Shown: positions 47,469-60,019, counted from the stretch's first letter. The stretch: DNA of 64,000 nt from Trueperaceae bacterium (GCA_034521815.1 JAXHLW010000013.1:576001-640000), one strand, 5' to 3'. Notes: generated from the letters alone by a model not told the origin. Translations and numbers: made by a program.

Positions 47469-47938
47469 GTCGCGCCTCCTTCTCGGCCGAGGGTCGTGCC
47501 CTGCACGCAGCGCTCACCGTCGCCCGAGCGGTGGCACACCTCGATCCGGTAGCGCGCCACGGAGCTGGCGCCCACCGTCACCGAGCCGTCGCGCACGATC
47601 TCGAGGCGGAACGCGCCGGACCAGCTCGTGTCCCCGAGACCCACCAGGTCGCCCAGCTCGCCGTAGCCGACGGCGATCGGTTCGTCCGGCGCGGGCAGCA
47701 AGGCGACCTCCGCGCCGCTGGCGACGCGGCGCCCGACGGTGTCGAGCACCTGCGTGGCTTGGATCTTGAAGTTCCCGTCCCGGCCGGTGCGGAGACTGCT
47801 GGTCGCCACGGTGGTGAGCGCCGTGAGCACGATGGCGCAGATCGCGACCGCGACGACCGTCTCGATCAGCGTGAAGCCGTCGCGCGTCGTTCCCTGGCGC
47901 GTCGTCCCTTCGCGCCTCGTCCCCTCGCGCGTTCTCAT
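47465..47938 (-). CDS. Cassette 3 PilV-like minor pilin
   Basis: TTRDG|FTLIETVVAVAICAIVLTAL...QATQVLDTVGRR; C-terminal Cys pair. Confidence 0.83.
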   Translation of the reverse strand: MRTREGTRREGTTRQGTTRDGFTLIETVVAVAICAIVLTALTTVATSSLRTGRDGNFKIQATQVLDTVGRRVASGAEVALLPAPDEPIAVGYGELGDLVGLGDTSWSGAFRLEIVRDGSVTVGASSVARYRIEVCHRSGDGERCVQGTTLGREGGAT

Positions 47939-48381
47939 CGGGACACCTCGGCACGCACCTCGCCGATGAGCGACACGTCCAGGCGGTACGTGTGGTTCAG
48001 CGTCGTCAACGTCAGGTCGTCCGGCAGTGCCGACAGCGTCGCCGGATCCACCTTGCCGGGAGGAAGGAAGCGAAGCGCGACCCCTTCGGGCAGGTTCGTC
48101 GTCACCGCGTCGTCCAGCTCCCAGGTTCGGATCGTCCGGCCCGAGGCGGCGTCCCTGAGCGTCAGCTCGGTGCCGGTACGCACCAGCTCGATCGTGGTGC
48201 CGCGCGACGCAGCGGCCGTCGCGCCCTGCCAGATGCTCTGCTGCACGGTCGTCAGCGACGCTTCGGCGGTGCGGTCCTGCGCGATGCGGCGCCCGTTCAG
48301 GACGCCGATCGTCCCCAGGATCGCGATGATCGCGATCACGATCAGGAGCTCCAACAGGCTGATCCCTTGGTGGTCTCGCAT
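47935..48381 (-). CDS. Cassette 3 FimT/FimU-like minor pilin
   Basis: MRDHQG|ISLLELLIVIAIIAILG...LRFLPPGKV...YRLDVSLIGEV; SD GGAGG upstream. Confidence 0.85.
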   Translation of the reverse strand: MRDHQGISLLELLIVIAIIAILGTIGVLNGRRIAQDRTAEASLTTVQQSIWQGATAAASRGTTIELVRTGTELTLRDAASGRTIRTWELDDAVTTNLPEGVALRFLPPGKVDPATLSALPDDLTLTTLNHTYRLDVSLIGEVRAEVSR

Positions 48382-48588
48382 GCGGGCACGACCTCCCTCG
48401 GCGTCACGTGTGGGGCCGGAGTGCAGAGCACGTGTCGTCGGGCCCCGGACCGCCGTAGGGCTTACGACTAAAGACTAGTCGAACTGCCGTCATGCGCTTG
48501 TCGCATCGTGCCGATGGGTGCGTAGGCGGGATTCTCGACCAACGACACGGCGGCGGTGAAGTTCACCGCGATTACGACGCCGGCTCCA

Positions 48589-48637
48589 GATCGAGTTCCC
48601 GCAGCTGATGGCGTAACTGCGGCGGTTTCTTGACGAG
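48589..48637 (+). repeat. Direct repeat copy 2: degenerate metX 3'-end fragment
   Basis: GATCGAGTTCCCGCAGCTGATGGCGTAACTGCGGCGGTTTCTTGACGAG translates IEFPQLMA*LRRFLDE versus metX IEFPQMAAQLRRFLNE. Confidence 0.8.
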
Positions 48638-48767
48638 AAGGTCGTCGGCTCGAAGACCCGACGCTTCTCGTGTCATCACGGACCTCGACGTCGCGTAGAG
48701 GCCGCGTCGCCCAGGCCGCCCTGTTGCTGCTGACAGGGCGGCGCGACTCGCAACGCTGCTTTCGGCG

Positions 48768-49946
48768 TTACAGCGCGCTGCACAGCCGGTCCGCGATCCA
48801 TCGGACATCGCCTTCGCCCAATCCCGGATGGATCGGCAGCGACACCACCCGGTCGCACATCTCCGCGACCACCGGCGGCGTGGCGACCTCGCCCATCACC
48901 GGCTGCGCGCTGAGCGCCAGCGGGTAGAAGCGCTGGTGGGCGATGCCGGCGCCGAGCGCCTGGCGGACCGCCTCGAGGCGGCCGGCCGGGACCTGCACCG
49001 TGAACTGGTGGAACACGTGATCGGGATGGTCGGGCGGCAGCACGACGCCCGGCGCGTCTGCGAGCGCGTCGCGGTACCAGCCCGCCACCCGCCGGCGCGC
49101 GGCGTTCGCCTCAGGGAGCCGCCGCAGCTTGATGCGCAGCACCGCCGCCTGCAGCGCGTCCAGGCGCGAGTTGTGGCCCAGCAGGTCGTGCACGTACTTG
49201 TCATCGGGACGCGAGCCGTGGTTGCGCAGCCGCCGCGCGTGGGCGGCCAGCTCGTCGTCGTCGGTCGTCAGCATGCCGGCGTCGCCGTACGCGCCCAGCG
49301 TCTTGGTGGGGTAGAAGCTGAACGCCGCGGCGGTGCCCAGGGCTCCGACCTTGCGCCCCGCCAGCTCGGAGCGGACGGCCTCGTCGCACGCGCCGTCACG
49401 CGCCCCGTCACAGCCCGCGCAGGCGCCCGAGTACACCGCACCGAACGCCTGGGCGGCGTCCTCCAGTACCGGCACGCCGGCCCCTCGGCCGATCTCGACG
49501 ATGCGCGCCATCTTGGCCGGCAGCCCGAACAGGTGCACCGGCAGGATCGCCTTGGTGCGCTCGCTCAACAGCGGCGGGATCGTCTCCGGATCCAGGTTCA
49601 GCGTGACCGGGTCGATGTCGCCGAACAGCGGCGTCGCGCCCAGCCGCATCGCCGCCTCGGCCGTCGCGAAGAAGCTGAACGGGGTGGTGATCACCTCGTC
49701 GCCCGGACCGACGCCCAGCGCCTCCAGCGCGATCACCAGCGCGTCGGTCCCGCTGTTCAGGCCGACGGCGTGGCGGACGCCCAGGAACGCGGCGACCTCG
49801 GCCTCGAACGCCTGGACCTCGGGCCCGCCGATGAACTGGCCGGAGCGCAGCACGCGCTCGACGGCCGGCCGCACCTCGTCCCAGAGGCCGTCGACTTCGG
49901 AAGCGAGATCCAGCATCGGGATGGGCGGACGGATCGCGTCGGGCAT
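48768..49946 (-). CDS. DegT/DnrJ/EryC1/StrS family sugar aminotransferase
   Basis: GLNSGTDAL, TTPFSFFATA, PVHLFG, EDAAQAFG, FSFYPTKTLGAYGDAG, NSRLDALQAA. Confidence 0.94.
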   Translation of the reverse strand: MPDAIRPPIPMLDLASEVDGLWDEVRPAVERVLRSGQFIGGPEVQAFEAEVAAFLGVRHAVGLNSGTDALVIALEALGVGPGDEVITTPFSFFATAEAAMRLGATPLFGDIDPVTLNLDPETIPPLLSERTKAILPVHLFGLPAKMARIVEIGRGAGVPVLEDAAQAFGAVYSGACAGCDGARDGACDEAVRSELAGRKVGALGTAAAFSFYPTKTLGAYGDAGMLTTDDDELAAHARRLRNHGSRPDDKYVHDLLGHNSRLDALQAAVLRIKLRRLPEANAARRRVAGWYRDALADAPGVVLPPDHPDHVFHQFTVQVPAGRLEAVRQALGAGIAHQRFYPLALSAQPVMGEVATPPVVAEMCDRVVSLPIHPGLGEGDVRWIADRLCSAL

Positions 49947-50128
49947 GGGACGGAGTGTACCGCGGGACGTGAAGCGCGCTGAGCGACGTCGTGGCTCCGC
50001 CGACCTGCCTCCAGGACGAGCCGGTAGCCCCGTCGTCCAGGCGCTTGCCGAGATCGACGGCAGCACGGACCCAGAAGACGCCATCGATAACCGGTCTGTT
50101 TTACGATAGCGGTATCGAAAGGAGCATC

Positions 50129-50335
50129 ATGGAAACCGTGAAACTCTCACCGAAGTACCAGGTCGTCGTTCCGAAGCCGATTCGTGACGCGCTCGCGCTG
50201 AAGCCGGGGCAATACCTCGAGATGATCATCGTGGACGGCCGCATCGAGATGGTGCCCGTCCCGCCGATCGCGGAAGCGCGCGGCTTCCTTCGCGGCATCG
50301 ACACCGCCGTTCCACGCGACGACGACCGCATATGA
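50129..50335 (+). CDS. AbrB/MazE-family antitoxin
   Basis: METVKLSPKYQVVVPKPIRDALALKPG; SD AAAGGAG; operator-like CGATAgcggTATCG upstream. Confidence 0.88.
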   Translation: METVKLSPKYQVVVPKPIRDALALKPGQYLEMIIVDGRIEMVPVPPIAEARGFLRGIDTAVPRDDDRI

Positions 50336-50709
50336 ACGTCGTCGACTCCAGCGCTTGGCTCGCCTACTTCGCAGGCACACGCAACGCTGCCGTTTTCGCT
50401 GACGCCATCGAGCGGCCCATGGAGCTCGTCGTGCCCACCCTCAGCCTGTTCGAAGTCTTCAAGCGCGTCGTCGTTCAACGAGGTGAGACCGATGCGATGC
50501 GAGCCGTCTCGATCATGCGAAGAGGTTCCCGCCCAGTGCCTCTCGATGCAGGCTTGGCGATCGCGGCGGCACGCCTTTCGGTGGAAGCTCGGCCTACCGC
50601 TGGCCGACGCCGTCATCCTGGCGACCGCCCAGGCACACGACGCCATCCTCTGGACGCAGGATGCCGACTTCCGTGACATGCCTGGCGTCGAGTACCGACG
50701 CGCCGATAA
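50332..50709 (+). CDS. vapC: PIN-domain toxin (frameshift near 50580; end approximate)
   Basis: MNVVDSSAWLAYF, VPTLSLFEV; LPLADAVILATA...LWTQDADF in the next frame; ATGA overlap with the antitoxin. Confidence 0.85.
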
Positions 50710-50754
50710 CCAAGGCTTGTCGCTGGACCAGCCGGCGAGCCAGTCGGTCACGCC

Positions 50755-51168
50755 CTACCCCGGCGGCGCCTCCCGCACCGGCGTGAACACGTTCAGCGTC
50801 TCGGTCGGCCCGGCGGCGTCCTCAGGAACATGTGCGCCGTGCGGCACGCCGCCGGGGATCGTCACCGCCTCGCCCGCCTCGAGCCGCATCTCGCCCTCGT
50901 CGAACGCGAACACCAGCACGCCGGACTGCACGATCGTCATCTGCTCCGCCGCGTGGGCGTGGCGGGGGAAGACGGTGCCCGGCTCGTAGCGGTAGGCGAT
51001 CAGCTCGATCCGCTGGCCCAGCAGGCGGCGGCGGGTGACGCCCTGGCGAGGAGTCGCCGAGGGCAGCTCGTCCAGCCGGACCTTGCGGGCGCGGTCCGGC
51101 TCGTGTTCGTCCGGCCCGCGGGCGTTCCGCGCATCGCCGCCCGCCGCTTCGTCACGATCCGTGCTCAC
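50755..51168 (-). CDS. Cupin domain protein
   Basis: YEPGTVFPRHAHAAEQMTIVQSG...IPGGVPHGA...LNVFTPVRE; GTG overlaps the aminotransferase stop. Confidence 0.87.
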   Translation of the reverse strand: MSTDRDEAAGGDARNARGPDEHEPDRARKVRLDELPSATPRQGVTRRRLLGQRIELIAYRYEPGTVFPRHAHAAEQMTIVQSGVLVFAFDEGEMRLEAGEAVTIPGGVPHGAHVPEDAAGPTETLNVFTPVREAPPG

Positions 51169-52550
51169 GCCGCCACCTCCCGCGTCACGCGCGCCAGCCC
51201 GGCCGCCATGCCGGCGACCAGGATCTCGATCTCGTCCTCGCGGATCACGAACGGCGGCGCCAGCAGCGCGTGATCGCCGCGACGGCCGTCGACGTTCCCG
51301 CCGCCCTGATACACGTACACGCCCTCGTCCAGGCAGGCCCGGGCGAACCGGCCGCGGACGTCCGCCTCGGCCGCGAACGGGGCGCGCGTCGCGCGGTCGG
51401 CGACGAACTCGACGCCGAGCAGCAGGCCGCGGCCGCGGATCACGCCGACGTGCGGATGATCGCCCAGCTCCTCCTCCAGCCGGCGCTTCAGCAGCGCGCC
51501 CATCGCGCCGGCCCGCTGAATCAGCCCCTCGCGCTCCAGCACGTCCACGACGTGGCTGCCGACCGCGCAGCTCAGCGGATTGCCGGCGAAGGTGTGGCCG
51601 TGCCGGAACGCGCCCGGCAGGCCCTTGAGCGCCTGGTAGTACTCGTCGCGCACCAGCACCGCGCCCAGCGGCGAGTAGCCGGCCGAGAGGCCCTTGGCGG
51701 TCGTCATCAGGTCGGGAACGACGCCGGTGTGCTGCATCGCCCACCAGCGGCCCGAGCGGCCGTTCCCGCTCATCACCTCGTCGGCGATCAGCAGCACGCC
51801 GTAGCGGTCGCAGATCTCGCGCACGCGCGGCCAGTAGCGCTGGGGCGGGTGACGGCCGGGCGCGGACGAGCCGACGATCGGCTCGGCGATGAACGCCGCG
51901 ACGTTCTCCGGCCCCTCGTGCAGCAGCGCCGTCTCCAGGTCCGAGGCGCACTCGACATCGCAGCTGCCGGGCTCCTTGCCGAACGGGCAGCGGTAGCACG
52001 AGGTCGGCGCGATCATCGGCTGCGCCAGCATCATCGGCGTGAACGGCTGGCGCCGATGCGCCTGACCCGAGACCGCCAGCGCGCCCAGGGTGGCGCCGTG
52101 GTAGCTGGTGCGGCGGGTGACGACCTTGGTCCTGCTGCCGTGGCCGCGGGCCAGCTGCACCTGGCGCGCCAGCTTGATCGCGGTCTCGGTCGCCTCGCTC
52201 CCGCCGGAGGTGAACAGCACCCGGTCCAGTCCCGCGGGCGCGCGGGCGACCAGCTTCTCGGCCAGCTCCTCCGCCTCGCGGGTGACGAACTTCGAGGGGT
52301 GCGCGAACGCCAGGCGCGACGCCTGCTCGCGCAGCACCTCCGCCACGTCGGCGCGGCCGTGCCCCAGGCAGGCGACCGCCGCGCCGGCGGCGGCGTCCAG
52401 GTAGCGGCGCCCGTCCTCGCCGATCAGCCAGGCGCCCTCGCCGCGGACGATCCGGAGCGGCGGCCGACCGGGCTCGCGCAGGAACAGCGGGGACGCCTGG
52501 GTCGAGCGCCGTCCGGCCGCGACGCCTTCGGATCCGGTCGGATAACCCAT
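51165..52550 (-). CDS. Class III PLP-dependent aminotransferase
   Basis: SGGSEATETAIKLARQ, SYHGATLGA, AAFIAEP, LIADEVMSG, TTAKGLSAGY, HGHTFAGNP. Confidence 0.93.
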   Translation of the reverse strand: MGYPTGSEGVAAGRRSTQASPLFLREPGRPPLRIVRGEGAWLIGEDGRRYLDAAAGAAVACLGHGRADVAEVLREQASRLAFAHPSKFVTREAEELAEKLVARAPAGLDRVLFTSGGSEATETAIKLARQVQLARGHGSRTKVVTRRTSYHGATLGALAVSGQAHRRQPFTPMMLAQPMIAPTSCYRCPFGKEPGSCDVECASDLETALLHEGPENVAAFIAEPIVGSSAPGRHPPQRYWPRVREICDRYGVLLIADEVMSGNGRSGRWWAMQHTGVVPDLMTTAKGLSAGYSPLGAVLVRDEYYQALKGLPGAFRHGHTFAGNPLSCAVGSHVVDVLEREGLIQRAGAMGALLKRRLEEELGDHPHVGVIRGRGLLLGVEFVADRATRAPFAAEADVRGRFARACLDEGVYVYQGGGNVDGRRGDHALLAPPFVIREDEIEILVAGMAAGLARVTREVAA

Positions 52551-52560
52551 GCCGCCGAGC

Positions 52561-54695
52561 CTACGACACGACGGCCTGCGTGCGGCGCAGGCGCACGGTG
52601 TGCAGGGCGTAGATCGCCGCGACGATGATCACGCCGGCGACGTCGGTCAAGACCGTCGGCTGGATCAGCATGAACGCGACGCCCAGCAGCACGATCCGTT
52701 CGTACCAGCGGGCCGGGACCAGCACGTAGCCCTGCGTGGCCGCGGCGAACGCCAGCATGCCCAGCAGCGCGCTGAGGAAGATCCAGGTGCCCTGTGCCAG
52801 CGTGTCCACGCCGACCAGCAGCAGCTTGGTGTTGAAGATGAACATGAACGGCAGGATCGCGGTGCGCATGTCGTAGATGAAGCCTTGGATGCCGGTCTGG
52901 ATCGGGTTCGACCGAGCGATCGCGGCGGCGGCGTAGGCGGCCAGCCCGACGGGGGGCGTGTCGTCGGCCAGGATGCCGAAGAAGAACACGAACAGGTGCG
53001 CGGCCAGCAGGGGGAAGCCGTAGCCGAAGTCCTGCCCCAGGTTGTAGATCACCGGCGCGGTCAGGGTCGCCATCACGATGTAGTTCGCGGTGGTCGGCAG
53101 GCCCAGCCCCAGGATCAGGCTGGCGATGGCGGTGATGACGAGCACCAGCAGGAACTGCGTGCTGTCGCCGAACGCGGCAGCGTCGCCGCCGACCAGGTTC
53201 ACGATCGGGATCGTGACCAGGCCGACGGCCGAGGCGAGCGCCGCGCTGACCCGGTCGATGATCTCCGTCAGGCGCAGGCCCAGCCCGGTCAGGTTCACCA
53301 CGCCGACCACGATCCCGGCGGTGGCGACGGCGACGGCGATGCCGACCATGTTGCGGGCGCCGGCGTCGAGCCCTTCGACCAGCTCCTTCAGTCCACTGCA
53401 CGAAGGCGTGCCACGGGTTCTCGCCACGAATCAGCGCGCCGATCACGCGCTGGACGGGCATCAGCACCGCCAGGGTCACGATCGCCCACATCACCGCGTA
53501 GCCTGGACTGGTCCGAACGATCACCAGGAACCAGATCAGCGCCGCCAGCGGCAGCAGGAAGTGGATCCCCATGAAGAACGTGCGGATGCGGGGGGAGCTC
53601 GGCGCGGGGGATGCCCTGCAGTCCGAGCTTGAGCGCCTCGAGGTGAACGATGTAGAACAGTGCCAGATAGGCGATGACGGCCGGCACGAACGCGGCTTTG
53701 ACCACCTCGATGTAGGGCACGCCGGTGAACTCGGCGATGATGAACGCCGCGGCACCCATCACAGGAGGCATCAGCTGGCCGTTGGTGGACACCGCCACCT
53801 CGGTCGCGGCCGCCTTGTAGGCGGGATAGCCGGTGCGCTTCATCAACGGGATCGTGAAGGTGCCGGTGGTGACGACGTTCGCCAGGCTGGAGCCCGAGAC
53901 CATCCCGGTCATGCCGCTCGCGACCACCGCGGCCTTGGCCGGACCGCCACGGAACACGCCCAGGAACGAGTTGGCGACGTCGATGAAGTACTTTCCGGCG
54001 CCCGCCTTGTCCAGCATCGAGCCGAACAGCACGAACAGGAACACGAACTGGGTCGAGACGCCCAACGCCACGCCGAACACCCCTTCGGTGGTGACGAACA
54101 TCTGCGAGACGATCCGGTCCAGGCCGTAGCCGCGGTGGGCGATCAGGTCGGGCAGGGTGATCGGGATCAAGCCGCGCGGACCCAACAGGGCGTAGAGCAG
54201 GAACAGACTTCCGATCACGGTCAGCGCCGGGCCCAGCGCCCTCCGGGTGGCTTCGAGCAGCAGCACCAGGAAGATCGTGCCGATCACGACCTCGCGTTGG
54301 AGCGGAATGCCGAACCGGGTCTGCAGCCCCTGGTAGTCGACCACCAGGTAGAACACGCTGGCGGCGGCCACCACGGCCAGCACGATGTCGCGCCACGGCA
54401 CCGGCCTCCCGCGGCCCGCGGCCCTCGCGGGGAAGACCAGGAAGGTCAGCAGCATCGCGAACGTCAGGTGCACCGCGCGTGCCCGCGCAGCGTCGAACAC
54501 CACCACGCTGGCGATGGAGAGCTGGAACAGCGACCAGCCGATCGCGAGCGCGAACACCAGCCACTTGACCCAGCCGGCGTGCATGCGCCCGCCGGTCTCG
54601 ACGTCCCGGACGAAGCGCTTGGCCTCTTCGGCGGCTGCACGGTCCTCGTCGCTCATCTGGGAATCGAGCAGCTTGTCGTCGTCGAGCGATGCCAT
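52561..54695 (-). CDS. TRAP transporter fused permease (TAXI-associated 4TM/12TM); indels near 53590 and 53400
   Basis: FVFLFVLFG, GGPAKAAVVAS, NVVTTGTFTIPLMK, GQLMPPVMGAAAF, LGLGLPTTANY, ADDTPPVGLAAY. Confidence 0.9.
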
Positions 54696-54720
54696 GCGTC
54701 CTCCGGTGTGGCGGCGGGCC

Positions 54721-54755
54721 GAGATCGGTGACGAGATCGGTGACGAGATCGGTGA
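54721..54755. repeat. 12-bp tandem repeat (GAGATCGGTGAC) x3
   Basis: Directly visible between the TAXI and permease genes. Confidence 0.85.
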
Positions 54756-54858
54756 GAGGACCCCGCCCGGCGTGGCGGGTGGGGTCCTCGTGTCGTGCCG
54801 TGCCTCGTGTGGCGTCGCTAGGGGTAGCGCGAGCGTCGCCGCAGCGCCGCCCGGCGGC

Positions 54859-55803
54859 TCAGCGCAGGCCGGCGTCCTCGTACGCGCGGACGGCTCCATC
54901 GTGCAGGGGCGCGCCCAGACCGGACAGGAAATCCTCGGGCGTCAGGTCGGCCAGGGCCGGGTGAATCGCGCGGAAGTCTTCGAGGTTGTCGAGGATGGTG
55001 CTGACGATGGTGTAGACGTCGTCCTCGCTCATCCCGGTGCTGGTGACGAACAGCGCCTTGACGCCGAACAGCGTGACGTCCTCGTCCTGGCCGCCGTAGG
55101 TGCCGGCCGGCACGTTCGCGAAGGCGTAGTAGGGCGACTCGTCGATCAGGCCCTGGAACGCGTCGTCGTCGAGTGGGACGATGTCGACGTCGGAGGTCGA
55201 GGTGATGTCCTGGATCGCGGCGCCGCCGATGCCGACGGTGTAGAAGAAGCAGTCGATGCGGCCGTCGCGCAGGAAGTCGGGCGCTTCGGCGGCCCGCAGG
55301 TACTCGGGCTCGAAGTCGTCCTCGCTCATGCCCTTGGCGTCCAGCATCGCGCGAACGGTGTTCAGGATGCCGGAGCCGGAGTTGCCGATGCTGACGCGCT
55401 TGCCGGCGATGTCGTCGAACGAGCCGACCTCGGCGTCGGCGTCGCAGACGAGGTGCATCGGCTCGGCGTGCAGGCCCATCACGGTCCGCAGCGACTCGAC
55501 CGGCTCGCCGTCGAACGCGGCTTCGCCGTTGTACGCCTGGTAGACGACGTCGGACTGAGCGATCGCGAGGTCGAGCTGGTCCGCCTGGATCGCGCTGATG
55601 TTGAACACCGAGCCTCCGGTCGACTCGACCGTCAGGCGCAGACCCACGTCGGCGTCGTTCACGATCTTCGAGGTCGCGCCGCCGACCGGGTAGTAGACGC
55701 CGGTGACGCCACCGGTGCCGATCGTGTAGAACCCTTGCGCGGCGGCTGCGCCGAACAGTACGGCGACGGCCAGCGCGAACAGTCTTTTCGTGGCTGCGTG
55801 CAT
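54859..55803 (-). CDS. TAXI-family TRAP solute-binding protein
   Basis: Signal peptide; IGTGGVTGVYYPVG, STGGSVFNI, AQSD, GKRVSIGNSGSG, APLHDGAVRAY. Confidence 0.93.
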   Translation of the reverse strand: MHAATKRLFALAVAVLFGAAAAQGFYTIGTGGVTGVYYPVGGATSKIVNDADVGLRLTVESTGGSVFNISAIQADQLDLAIAQSDVVYQAYNGEAAFDGEPVESLRTVMGLHAEPMHLVCDADAEVGSFDDIAGKRVSIGNSGSGILNTVRAMLDAKGMSEDDFEPEYLRAAEAPDFLRDGRIDCFFYTVGIGGAAIQDITSTSDVDIVPLDDDAFQGLIDESPYYAFANVPAGTYGGQDEDVTLFGVKALFVTSTGMSEDDVYTIVSTILDNLEDFRAIHPALADLTPEDFLSGLGAPLHDGAVRAYEDAGLR

Positions 55804-55924
55804 ACGGTATCTCCTTCGTGGTGTGCGAGCCTTTCCAGCGATCACCGCGCGTACGGTGGTTCGCTCGGATCGGCGATTCGAAGTGGACTTCGTTGTGATA
55901 AATACCACGCTCGTGTGGGAGCGG

Positions 55925-57460
<1,536 letters not shown>

Positions 57461-57629
57461 GGCGGGAGGATAGCACGGGGCTTGCGCGGCCAGGACGGCG
57501 TTCGTAGCCGACGCTCCATGCTGGTCGAATGGCGCCCAGGCTGCGCGGATCGTCGTCCGGTCGTGGTACATTCAGCCCGTGCGGAGGAAGCGTAGCCTCC
57601 GTGCAAACGACCAGGACTTGGCATCCCTC

Positions 57630-57989
57630 GGGGGCGACACGGCTTCGACGGGGCTCGACCAAGGCACCGGTTGCGCGTCGCGGGGCAGTTGGCCGCGTCA
57701 TCAAGCTGCAAACGCCTTAACTGGCAACCAGAACTACGCTCTGGCTGCGTAACCCGTAGTCAGCGTCCTCTAGAAACCCCGTCGGTGGTTCGCTAGATTT
57801 GGACGTCCCAAAACCGACTGGCCCGAAGGCACCCGTTGCCGGCCCTAGGGCGAGACTTAAGGCGACTAGGCACGAGGATTGGTGGGTCTCCAACCTGTCC
57901 TCGCCGCCGAATTTCAATCGGAGACTACACGCGTAGACGCCGGGCCAAGGGGGCTTCGGACGCGGGTTCGACTCCCGCCGCCTCCACCA
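57630..57989 (+). ncRNA. ssrA: tmRNA; tag peptide (A)GNQNYALAA at 57723-57752
   Basis: 5' GGGGGCG..TTCGAC; 3' GGACGCGGGTTCGACTCCCGCCGCCTCCACCA; acceptor stem pairs; tag frame ends YALAA*. Confidence 0.96.
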
Positions 57990-57992
57990 GCC

Positions 57993-58018
57993 GACCCCGC
58001 AGAGATGCGGGGTCTTTT
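57993..58018 (+). terminator. Rho-independent terminator of ssrA
   Basis: GACCCCGCA-gaga-TGCGGGGTC followed by TTTT. Confidence 0.8.
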
Positions 58019-58105
58019 CATGGCGGGTTCGTCGCATGGCGCGTCCGTCCTCGTGAGGCGGCCCTGCAGCACCGGGCCGTGGCCGCTATGGCCGCCGCGC
58101 CGCGC

Positions 58106-58450
58106 CTACGCGTCCAGCATCCGCCGCTGCAGCAGCGACTGCATCGAGCGGGTCTCGGCCGCGATCAGCACGACGTGGACCTCGTTCCCGCGCTCGCGGT
58201 ACACGATGCGGTGGCCGTCCACGCGCACCTCCTGCGCACGACGCATCCCCAGCGCGCGCAGCTCGGGCGGAGGCCCGCCGTCCTCGGGCCGTTGCGCGAT
58301 CCGTTCCAGGCCGGACCGAATGCGGTCCAGAATCCGGTTCGCCTGGCCGAATCCGCCGCGCTCGTACGCTGCGGCGTACAGCTCGTCCAGGTCGCGCGCC
58401 GCCCCGTCGGTCAGCAGCACCGTGCGGGTCGCGTCGCGCCCGTCCATCAC
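58106..58450 (-). CDS. RelE/ParE-family toxin
   Basis: VLLTDGAARDLDELY...PPELRALG...HRIVYR...VHVVLIAAETRSMQSLLQRRML; downstream of a Phd-type antitoxin. Confidence 0.82.
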   Translation of the reverse strand: MMDGRDATRTVLLTDGAARDLDELYAAAYERGGFGQANRILDRIRSGLERIAQRPEDGGPPPELRALGMRRAQEVRVDGHRIVYRERGNEVHVVLIAAETRSMQSLLQRRMLDA

Positions 58451-58460
58451 GCCGTTCCAC

Positions 58461-58742
58461 TCATTCGGTTCCCCACCCCTCGGCGTTCCGGAAGCCGTCC
58501 AGCGCCTCGTCCGCGGGCTGGACCATCTCCTCTTCGATCTGGCGGTCGCCCAGCGAGAGCATCTTCAAGAGTGCGCTGGTCTCCTGCAGCTGGTCGAACG
58601 TCGCGACGTCCAGCAGCACCGCCCGCGCCTCGCCGTTCTGGGTGATCACCAGCGGCTCCTGGCGCTCGTTCAGGTCGCGGATCAGCTCGGCCGCGTGGGC
58701 CTTCAGGTAGCTGATCGAACGGATACGATCTTCGAGTCGCAT
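58461..58742 (-). CDS. Phd/YefM-family antitoxin
   Basis: IRSISYLKAHAAELIRDL...PLVITQNGEARAVLLD. Confidence 0.88.
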   Translation of the reverse strand: MRLEDRIRSISYLKAHAAELIRDLNERQEPLVITQNGEARAVLLDVATFDQLQETSALLKMLSLGDRQIEEEMVQPADEALDGFRNAEGWGTE

Positions 58743-58845
58743 GATAGGTCCGAATGTAGACCGAAAGCGGGTCGATCGGCAAGGGCTGACGCGAGCCGTC
58801 GTGCTACGATCCGGCCAAGAACCACATCCCGAACGGAGGCATCGC

Positions 58846-59943
<1,098 letters not shown>

Positions 59944-60019
59944 GCGGGCGCGTGCGACGGGCGCATTCCCTTCGCACGACGCTGCTCTGCGCGACGCTGG
60001 TTCGCGCAAACCCGTGACC

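Noticed and set aside
58022-58031. GCGGGTTCG echo of the ssrA T-arm as a possible attR
   Set aside because: Only 9 bp in GC-rich DNA and immediately adjacent to the gene; expected by chance.
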